From Algoriphagus sp. (GTDB lineage Bacteria > Bacteroidota > Bacteroidia > Cytophagales > Cyclobacteriaceae): 64,000 bases of DNA. The translations under genes were made by a program, and so were the position numbers. The stretch lies in contig JBMDXP010000073.1 of NCBI GenBank assembly GCA_048819475.1, positions 53,998 through 117,997 on the forward strand, given 5' to 3'. The notes beneath the pieces were generated by a model, which made no database searches, was not told the DNA's origin, and saw only the letters and a program-made list of their open reading frames with translations. Shown here piece after piece: positions 56,646 through 64,000 of this stretch (the stretch's first letter is position 1; each line of letters opens with the position of its first letter).

Positions 56646-57992
56646 ATGCCTAGAGCCAAATCTGATAAAGATCGGAAAATCTTCGTGCTGGATACCTCCG
56701 TCATCCTCTATGCACACAATTCCATAATGAATTTTGCCGAGCATGATGTAGTCATTCCGATCACCGTCTTGGAGGAATTGGACCAATTCAAAAAAGGCAA
56801 CGACACCAAAAACTTTGAGGCCCGTGAGTTTATACGGCTATTAGACAAGCTCTCCCAGGATCATATGATCCATAACTGGACCCCTCTTAACGGTAAAACC
56901 AAAGGCAACTTCCGGGTTCTGATGAATCCGGAAAACCAGATGAATGCCAATGAGATTTTCGGAGAGGAAAAGAATGATCACAAGATCCTAAATGCCGCTC
57001 TTTACCTGAAGCAGCATGAGAAAAACCGCAGAGTGATCTTGGTAAGCAAGGACATTAACCTTCGACTCAAAGCCAAATCCCTGGAAATCCACGCGGAGGA
57101 TTACGAAACCGGTAAGATCAAAAATATTACAGAGCTCGAGAATACCGGTAAATATGTGATGGACAATATGGATCCCGCACATATCAACAAACTCTATGAG
57201 CAAGGGTATATTGAGGCTAAAACAGTATTGGGTACCAGAAAAAGAAAATCAAACGCATATTATATACTGAAGAGTGATAAAAACTCTGTTTTAGCTTATT
57301 ACAATTCCCAGGAGAGCATTTTGGAGCGTGTGGACAAGCGTTTGGCCTATAATATCAAACCGAAAAACGCTGAACAGACCTTTGCGCTGCATGCTATCAC
57401 CAACCCAAATATCCGGTTAGTCTCTGTGCAGGGGGTCGCTGGAACAGGGAAGACTTTGCTCGCCCTGGCTGGAGCGCTGGAACAACGCAGGGATTATAAG
57501 CAAATCTTTCTTGCACGCCCTATTGTACCTTTAAGCAATAAGGATATAGGATATCTGCCCGGGGACATCAAATCCAAGTTGAACCCCTATATGGAACCTC
57601 TCTGGGATAATCTAAAATTCATTCAGAACCAGTATAAAGAAACAGACAGAGAGTACCAGAAAATAACAGAACTTGTAAATCAGGAAAAACTAGTCATCCA
57701 ACCGCTCGCCTATATAAGGGGGAGATCCTTATCCAATATTTTCTTTATTGTGGATGAAGCTCAAAATTTAACTCCCCACGAGATCAAAACCATAATTTCC
57801 CGCGCCGGGGAAAATACCAAGATTATATTCACAGGTGATGTGTTTCAAATAGACACCCCTTATTTGGACAGTCAGAGTAACGGGTTATCCTATCTGATTG
57901 ACCGAGTTAAAGATCACCCCCTCTATGCGCATATTAAGCTGGAAAAGGGGGAACGATCGGAGTTGGCAAATTTGGCCAACGAATTACTCTAG
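56646..57992 (+). CDS. PhoH-family protein with N-terminal PIN domain (PhoH2/YlaK-like)
   Basis: PIN: FVLDTSV, VLEELD, NDHKIL, SKDINLR; ATPase: GVAGTGKT, RGRS, DEAQN, GDVFQID. Confidence 0.92.
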   Translation: MPRAKSDKDRKIFVLDTSVILYAHNSIMNFAEHDVVIPITVLEELDQFKKGNDTKNFEAREFIRLLDKLSQDHMIHNWTPLNGKTKGNFRVLMNPENQMNANEIFGEEKNDHKILNAALYLKQHEKNRRVILVSKDINLRLKAKSLEIHAEDYETGKIKNITELENTGKYVMDNMDPAHINKLYEQGYIEAKTVLGTRKRKSNAYYILKSDKNSVLAYYNSQESILERVDKRLAYNIKPKNAEQTFALHAITNPNIRLVSVQGVAGTGKTLLALAGALEQRRDYKQIFLARPIVPLSNKDIGYLPGDIKSKLNPYMEPLWDNLKFIQNQYKETDREYQKITELVNQEKLVIQPLAYIRGRSLSNIFFIVDEAQNLTPHEIKTIISRAGENTKIIFTGDVFQIDTPYLDSQSNGLSYLIDRVKDHPLYAHIKLEKGERSELANLANELL

Positions 57993-57997
57993 TCTTC

Positions 57998-58024
57998 ATA
58001 AGCCCGCGTCACGGGCTTATTTTA
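57998..58024 (+). terminator. Intrinsic terminator
   Basis: ATAAGCCCG-CGTCA-CGGGCTTAT followed by TTT. Confidence 0.8.
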
Positions 58025-58207
58025 CTTTTGGTGGAAATACAACCCGATAAGAAGGAGCATATTGTTCGGCATTGCAGAATTAATGTACGCTATTGAACAC
58101 CATTTTTGCATTCATTAATGCTAATAATCTATATATCAATCATTTATGATTTTGGGACACTTTTTGGCTTATAGGTGGTATAGAAATTAAACCAACTTAT
58201 TACTGCC

Positions 58208-58438
58208 ATGATCACTTCACTATTTTCCCAAAAAAACGTCTGTGCGGCACTGGGCTTCTTGATGGCAATTACCATTGTTTGGAAAGCTAAAGTAGAGACC
58301 AGCCTTATACAGCAAACTGCCCGATTTGAATATACTGAACCAACTCCTCATTTCGGAAATGATATTGATACAGAAACCTTCAAGGTGCCTGTCACAAAAC
58401 AAAAGAGCTCAACTGATGACAGACTTGTACTCAGGTAA
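58208..58438 (+). CDS. Hypothetical small protein with N-terminal TM/signal segment
   Basis: 76-aa ORF, A-rich leader, hydrophobic N-terminus, lies in an otherwise empty gap. Confidence 0.6.
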   Translation: MITSLFSQKNVCAALGFLMAITIVWKAKVETSLIQQTARFEYTEPTPHFGNDIDTETFKVPVTKQKSSTDDRLVLR

Positions 58439-58524
58439 AGCTCCAAAGAGAAACCTCGTAAGGGTTAATTTGGTTGATTGTTTGGTTAAGCCAAAGAGGT
58501 GGGCACTGCCCACCTCTTTCTTTT

Positions 58525-59280
58525 TTAGCTTTCTGTGATGGTATTTAATTTAGCCAGGAAGCTATTGTAATATTGGCGTCCCACTTGTACCACAGCCCCC
58601 TTCTTCAGTGTGATCTCCTTGGTATTAAAGCTTTCTATCTGTCCGAGATGGACTATGAAAGACTTCTGTACCCGAAGAAAAATCTGAGAAGGAAGAATAT
58701 CTTCTATTTCCTTCATGGATTTTCTTATGCTGTAATCCCGGTTTCTGGTATATATGGTCACCATATTTCCATTGGCTTCGATAAAGAAAATCTCATCATA
58801 GGGAACCCTTTCAAAGGCATTGTCAGCTTTGATAAAAACGGCATCGGTAACCAGATATGGACTGTCCGTACTGGCTTTGACCACAGCAGCTTCAGTAGAT
58901 GGCTTTGTCCTTTTATTGTAAAGCACGATCTCTACTATGGCATGGATATCATTGGTATTGAAAGGCTTTACTATAAATCCTGCCGGGGAAATACGTTTTG
59001 CACGCTCAATTATTGTAGGATCGCTATAGGATGTCACAAAGACAAGGGGAGCATCGACCATTTGCTTGACAATTTCCCCAAGTTCAATACCATCCTTATC
59101 CCCTTTCAGTTTGATATCCATGAATATCAGGTCAGGGCGATACTTTTTAATGATTTTAATACATTGGTTCGCAGAATTGGCAATGTCTACATTGACATAC
59201 CCCAAAAGTTCTAGGATTTCCTGAATGTTTTCTGCAATGCTGATATCGTCTTCGACGATTAAAATCCGCTCTTCTTTCAT
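58525..59280 (-). CDS. LytTR-family response regulator (second)
   Basis: REC ILIVEDD, LIFMDI, FIVKPF; LytTR FLRVQKSFIV. Confidence 0.92.
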   Translation of the reverse strand: MKEERILIVEDDISIAENIQEILELLGYVNVDIANSANQCIKIIKKYRPDLIFMDIKLKGDKDGIELGEIVKQMVDAPLVFVTSYSDPTIIERAKRISPAGFIVKPFNTNDIHAIVEIVLYNKRTKPSTEAAVVKASTDSPYLVTDAVFIKADNAFERVPYDEIFFIEANGNMVTIYTRNRDYSIRKSMKEIEDILPSQIFLRVQKSFIVHLGQIESFNTKEITLKKGAVVQVGRQYYNSFLAKLNTITES

Positions 59281-59401
59281 AAGTAGGTGGCAGATGTGAG
59301 TTTTGGTAGGTAGAAACTGATTTCATTGGCCTTAGAGCCAACTTTTCACTAATTACAAAATTATATTAGGTAAACCAAGTGCCTTTTTATAGCCTGATGA
59401 C

Positions 59402-60136
59402 TTACAGGCTCATCATTTCCTTAAAGCGTGCTGCCTGACGCCTGCTCACCTCAATTCTATCGCCTCCCTTAAGAGTAACAACCAATCCCCCATTAAACCA
59501 CGGTTCTATTCCCTCTACCCATCCCAGATTAATAATATGCTTTCTACTCGCACGGAAAAAAGACTTTTCATCCAACCTCTCATCCAATGCATTGAGTGAT
59601 TTGTGGATCATGGGCTTAAAATTATCAAAGTAAACTTTTATATAATTCCCATCGGATTCGAAAAGCCTGACGTTTGATAACCGTACAAACCAACACCTGT
59701 CTCCATCTTTCACGAAAACCTGATCTTCAAGAGTTAACTTCTTTTGATTCAACAGCCCCGGACTCTCGTCGGATTTAACCGAACCATCTATTTTACCCTG
59801 AAGCTTCAGAATGGCCTCTTCCAACCTTTTGGGTTCGATGGGCTTCAACAAGTAATCCAAGGCGTTTACCTGAAAGGCTTTTAGGGCATACTCATCATAA
59901 GCGGTTGTGAAAATCACATGGGGAACATTATCCAACTCCTCCAGTAATTCGAACCCCGTTTTTTCAGGCATTTGAATATCAAGGAAGATAACGTCAGGAC
60001 TAAATTGGTCAATTTTCTCTTTCGCATCATCGACATTTACGGCTTCACCTACAACCTCGACACTTTCAAGTTGATTTAAAAGGGTGATAAGCTCCTTTCG
60101 AGCTAATCTTTCATCGTCAATTACAATGGCTCGCAT
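59402..60136 (-). CDS. LytTR-family response regulator (cognate of the adjacent LytS-type kinase)
   Basis: IVIDDE, IFLDIQMP, YLLKPI; FFRASRKHIIN. Confidence 0.94.
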   Translation of the reverse strand: MRAIVIDDERLARKELITLLNQLESVEVVGEAVNVDDAKEKIDQFSPDVIFLDIQMPEKTGFELLEELDNVPHVIFTTAYDEYALKAFQVNALDYLLKPIEPKRLEEAILKLQGKIDGSVKSDESPGLLNQKKLTLEDQVFVKDGDRCWFVRLSNVRLFESDGNYIKVYFDNFKPMIHKSLNALDERLDEKSFFRASRKHIINLGWVEGIEPWFNGGLVVTLKGGDRIEVSRRQAARFKEMMSL

Positions 60137-60150
60137 TTTTCTTAAGTTAG

Positions 60151-61203
60151 TTATTCGAATGTAACTCTTTGTTTTGGGATTTTTATTTCAGTGATAACAA
60201 ATTGATTTCCCGAGTTGAAGATACGGAAGGTTGCTTTACCACCATAAATTAACTTCAATCTTTGTATCGTATTACTTAAACCATGCCCTTCTCCCTCTTT
60301 GGATTTTAAGCTCGGTGTAGCCTTCAACTGTCCACTGTTTTTCACTTGAATATAAAGGTCATCATTCAGACCTTCTCTGCATTTGATCTCTATTATGCCA
60401 CCTTTTACCAAATTCGATATCCCATGCTTAATGGCATTCTCCACTATAGTCTGCAACATCATGGGAGGTATCTTAAAACTAAAAGCCTCGTCTTCTATGG
60501 CATAACTTACCTGTAACCTTTCTTCAAATCTTATGGACTCAAGTTCGAGGTAGTCTTTCACCGTGTTTAATTCATCTCCAAAATCTATCGTTTGCTTCTT
60601 ATCCAGCATCAATGAAAAACGAAGCATATTTGAAATCCTCGTGATTGCCGTTTTGGCCTTGTTAGGATCTTCGTCTATCAATGCCCTTACACTGTTTAGG
60701 GCATTGAAAATAAAATGGGGGTTCAACTGACTCTTGAGATGATTAAGACGGATCTCGTTGATTTTGGCTTCATACCTCAAGGTGGTATTGTAATTATCCA
60801 AAAAATGAAAGAGAAAATAAAGTAGAAACCAGATAGCATAGAAAAGGAATGCCACAAATAGGTTGACCAGTATTACCAGGATCCTGAAATCTTCCTGAGG
60901 GCTCAACGTGCCAAAAGCAATATTGATAAGAATCTGAGCCACGATATTCACAAAGCTCAACGCCAGAACAGCCAAGAGCGTCTGAAATAAAAGCTGGGGA
61001 ATTCCTAACTTGAACCAATTGTAGGTTTTTACAATAAATCTTAAAAAATGGGTAGAAAGAAGGTAAAACGAACCTAAAACCACAAATGCCCACAACTGGA
61101 CAGCACTGATCCCCTGGGAAAGAGATGCAAAAAATATATTGACAAAAGCAAAAGCTCCCCAACCCAAAAATTGTAAAATCCAGTAAAGCCTAATCCTGTT
61201 CAT
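60151..61203 (-). CDS. LytS/YehU-type sensor histidine kinase
   Basis: N-terminal TM helices; LKSQLNPHFIFNALN, QTIVENAIKHG, GHGLSN. Confidence 0.93.
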   Translation of the reverse strand: MNRIRLYWILQFLGWGAFAFVNIFFASLSQGISAVQLWAFVVLGSFYLLSTHFLRFIVKTYNWFKLGIPQLLFQTLLAVLALSFVNIVAQILINIAFGTLSPQEDFRILVILVNLFVAFLFYAIWFLLYFLFHFLDNYNTTLRYEAKINEIRLNHLKSQLNPHFIFNALNSVRALIDEDPNKAKTAITRISNMLRFSLMLDKKQTIDFGDELNTVKDYLELESIRFEERLQVSYAIEDEAFSFKIPPMMLQTIVENAIKHGISNLVKGGIIEIKCREGLNDDLYIQVKNSGQLKATPSLKSKEGEGHGLSNTIQRLKLIYGGKATFRIFNSGNQFVITEIKIPKQRVTFE

Positions 61204-61210
61204 CTTCGGC

Positions 61211-61218
61211 CAAAGATA
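61211..61218 (-). promoter_or_regulatory. -7 box TATCTTTG of the kinase gene
   Basis: Exact TAnnTTTG, 7 nt before the ATG. Confidence 0.7.
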
Positions 61219-61283
61219 AAAATCACATCTGGTTCACTACCTATATTTTGATAAAAGGGTTAATGCTTTGATTTCTACTCAGA

Positions 61284-64000
61284 TCAACTGTTTAACTCTA
61301 TCTTCAAAAATTTTCCAGTATAACTCTTAGGGTTTGCAGCGACTTTTTCAGGCGTGCCTTGTACTACAATAGTACCTCCTTTGTTTCCCCCCTCTGGGCC
61401 AAGGTCTACTATAAAGTCAGCCATTTTTATGACATCCATATTGTGCTCAATAATAAGGACCGTATTACCCTTATCCACCAACCCTTTCACCACCAACATC
61501 AGCAAGTCAATATCCTGAAAGTGAAGTCCTGTGGTAGGCTCGTCCAAAATATAGAAGGTTTTTCCTGTATCTTTTTTTGAAAGTTCAGTGGCCAGTTTAA
61601 CCCGTTGGGCTTCACCACCGGACAGCGTGGTAGCATGCTGGCCAAGCGTTATATATCCCAGCCCCACCTCATTCAGCGTTTTGATTTTTCTCAGAATTTT
61701 AGGCTGCTTGTCAAAAAAATCCACTGCCTGTTCCACAGTCATATCAAGCACATCCGATATGGATTTTCCTTTAAACCTGACCTCAAGGGTCTCCCGGTTA
61801 TACCGCTTACCCTTGCAGGTCTCACAGGGAATATGTACATCAGGTAAGAAATCCATCTCGATCAGTTTCATTCCTGCTCCCTCGCAGTCTTCACATCTGC
61901 CTCCTTTCACATTGAAAGAAAACCTACCTGGTTTATAGCCCCGGATTTTTGCTTCTGGCAGTTCTGTGAATAGCGTGCGGATATCTGAGAATACACCTGT
62001 GTAGGTGGCTGGGTTAGATCTAGGAGTTCTGCCTATAGGAGATTGGTCTACCTCAATAACTTTATCCAATTCTTCCAGTCCATGTATGCTTTTATAGGGC
62101 ATAGGTTCTTTCTTGGATTTATACACATGCTGGTTAAGAATAGGGAAAAGGGTCTCATGGATCAAGGTACTTTTCCCACTTCCCGAAACACCGGTGATAC
62201 AGATCAGGGTACCCAGAGGAAGTTGTAAATCAACGTTTTTAAGGTTGTTGCCATTAGCCCCCTTGAGTATCAATGATTTTCCTTTACCTGATCTCCTTTC
62301 TTTGGGCACAGAAAGTCCGATTTTTCCACTCAGGTATTTTGCTGTCAGTCCCTTGGTCTTCAAGACTTCCCCAGGTGTGCCTGATGCTACTACTTGTCCA
62401 CCATGTCTTCCCGCTCCAGGGCCCATGTCCAAAATGTAATCAGACTCGAGCATCATATCCTTATCATGTTCTACCACCAGCACAGAATTTCCCAAATCCC
62501 TCAAACTCTGAAGAGCTTTGATCAATTTCACATTATCGCGCTGATGTAGCCCGATACTGGGTTCATCGAGAATATACAGCACTCCCACCAGCTGTGTTCC
62601 AATCTGTGTAGCCAGCCTGATCCGTTGAGCCTCCCCTCCTGAAAGCGTTCTCAGAGGCCTGTTCAGTGACAGGTAGTCCAAGCCTATATCCAATAGAAAA
62701 CCAATCCGCTTCCGGATTTCCTTAAGTACTTCATGACCGATAATATTTTGTTTCTCGGTCAATCTGCTTTCCAGTCCTTCAAACCATTCCCGCAATGTTC
62801 CTATATCCATCATGGCCAGTTGGCCGATATGCACTCCGTCTATTTTGATGTTCAAAGCTTCCTTCTTGAGCCGGTAACCTTCACAGTCAGGACAGGTCTG
62901 TGTGATAGTGAATTCACTTACCCAATCCTGTATTTTATCTGAACTACCCTCTTGGTATTTTTGGAGAAAGTTGATGATTCCCTCAAAAGTAGTGTTCCAT
63001 TTAGTGCCGGGATATTTAACAGAATCAACCGCAACCTCTATTTTATCTCCATTCAAAAGAATATCCACTACATTCTCCGGCAAATCTTTTATAGGAGTGC
63101 TCATGCTGCATTTGTAATGCTTCAGGATCGCCTCAATTTTTTTGAATATCCATATATCCCGGTATTCACCCAAGGGAGCAATCCCTCCCCGGGTGATGCT
63201 GAGCTTAGGGTCGGGGATTATGCTATCCTTAGTGATCTCTTCAGTGATTCCCAAGCCATTGCACGTAGGGCAAGCGCCATAGGGACTGTTAAACGAAAAA
63301 GTATTCGGCGCAGGCTCGTCATAGGAAAGGCCCGTTTCAGGATCCATCAAATACTTGGAGAAATGGTGGATTTCACCTCCTTCATCACGGATCATAATCA
63401 CTCCCTTCCCGTGTTGCAACGCGGATTTAAGGGATTGTGTGATTCTGAATCTATCCGATTCATCCGCCACGATCCGGTCAATCACGATTTCAATGTCATG
63501 AATCTTGTATCTGTCCACCTGCATTTTAGGCTGCATCTCCATGACCACACCGTCCACGCGCACCCGTTGGAAGCCCATTTTCCGGATCTGCTCAAAAAGC
63601 TCGCGGTAATGCCCCTTTCGACCCTTTACCACTGGAGCAAGTATGTAAAGTTTCTTTCCGGGGAAATTAGAAAACAACTGTGCTATTATCTGATCTTCAG
63701 TCTGACGCACCATTTTAGCCCCAGTGAGGTAAGAAAAAGCCTCTCCCGCCCGTGCATAAAACAAGCGCATGAAATCATATATTTCTGTAACCGTCCCTAC
63801 AGTGGACCGCGGGTTCTTAGATGTGGTTTTCTGCTCAATGGCAATCACTGGCGAAAGACCGTTTATCTTATCCACATCCGGCCGCTCCATGCCTCCCAGA
63901 AAGGAACGGGCATATGCTGAAAAGGACTCCATGTACCTACGCTGACCCTCAGCATAAATCGTGTCAAACGCTAAAGAGCTCTTTCCGCTCCCACTTAATC
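61284..64000 (-). CDS. uvrA: Excinuclease ABC subunit A, 5'-truncated by window edge
   Basis: Frame open to the window end (GLSGSGKSSLAFDTIYAEGQRRY); zinc fingers CPTC/CPDC and CEDC/CETC; LSGGEAQR twice; GVSGSGKST. Confidence 0.98.
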   Translation of the reverse strand, partial: LSGSGKSSLAFDTIYAEGQRRYMESFSAYARSFLGGMERPDVDKINGLSPVIAIEQKTTSKNPRSTVGTVTEIYDFMRLFYARAGEAFSYLTGAKMVRQTEDQIIAQLFSNFPGKKLYILAPVVKGRKGHYRELFEQIRKMGFQRVRVDGVVMEMQPKMQVDRYKIHDIEIVIDRIVADESDRFRITQSLKSALQHGKGVIMIRDEGGEIHHFSKYLMDPETGLSYDEPAPNTFSFNSPYGACPTCNGLGITEEITKDSIIPDPKLSITRGGIAPLGEYRDIWIFKKIEAILKHYKCSMSTPIKDLPENVVDILLNGDKIEVAVDSVKYPGTKWNTTFEGIINFLQKYQEGSSDKIQDWVSEFTITQTCPDCEGYRLKKEALNIKIDGVHIGQLAMMDIGTLREWFEGLESRLTEKQNIIGHEVLKEIRKRIGFLLDIGLDYLSLNRPLRTLSGGEAQRIRLATQIGTQLVGVLYILDEPSIGLHQRDNVKLIKALQSLRDLGNSVLVVEHDKDMMLESDYILDMGPGAGRHGGQVVASGTPGEVLKTKGLTAKYLSGKIGLSVPKERRSGKGKSLILKGANGNNLKNVDLQLPLGTLICITGVSGSGKSTLIHETLFPILNQHVYKSKKEPMPYKSIHGLEELDKVIEVDQSPIGRTPRSNPATYTGVFSDIRTLFTELPEAKIRGYKPGRFSFNVKGGRCEDCEGAGMKLIEMDFLPDVHIPCETCKGKRYNRETLEVRFKGKSISDVLDMTVEQAVDFFDKQPKILRKIKTLNEVGLGYITLGQHATTLSGGEAQRVKLATELSKKDTGKTFYILDEPTTGLHFQDIDLLMLVVKGLVDKGNTVLIIEHNMDVIKMADFIVDLGPEGGNKGGTIVVQGTPEKVAANPKSYTGKFLKIELNS

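Noticed and set aside
58573-59214. 213-aa plus-strand ORF
   Set aside because: Antisense shadow of the LytTR regulator with no family features
62952-63920. 322-aa plus-strand ORF
   Set aside because: Antisense shadow of uvrA with no recognisable motifs
1-64000. CRISPR arrays, rRNA, tRNA, IS elements, prophage
   Set aside because: No regularly spaced repeats, RNA-gene signatures, transposase, integrase or phage genes seen by eye; a tRNAscan/Infernal run would be needed to exclude small RNAs formally

Overview
64 kb of ordinary Bacteroidota chromosome. The gene order, the TAnnTTTG-type promoters and the near absence of Shine-Dalgarno sites fit Cytophagales, probably Cyclobacteriaceae (taxonomy is inference). 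About 57 apparently intact CDSs. Housekeeping genes: hflX, rmlC, aroE, purU, alr, anmK, two coaX, lptC, rsmI, suhB, glyA, tatC, rpiB, rlmN, ileS, lspA, uvrA (partial). Also present: envelope genes, a small carbohydrate block (GMC oxidoreductase plus Tat lipoprotein subunit, GH29, TonB receptor, GH43), a SNF2 helicase, a PIN-PhoH protein and a LytS with two LytTR regulators. I saw no tRNA, rRNA, CRISPR array, transposase, integrase or prophage by eye. I did not find a clear-cut undescribed multi-gene system. The strongest pattern read directly from the sequence is that seven genes have a TAnnTTnG promoter box exactly 4 nt before the start codon, with a pyrimidine at -1, which predicts a leaderless-mRNA class. 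Other leads are an orphan ComA-like phosphosulfolactate synthase, a putative glycoside 3-dehydrogenase next to a fucosidase, a peptide deformylase with a non-canonical motif, an uncharacterised barrel/TPR pair beside lptC, and a few structured intergenic elements. All product calls come from motifs recognised by eye; no database search was run.
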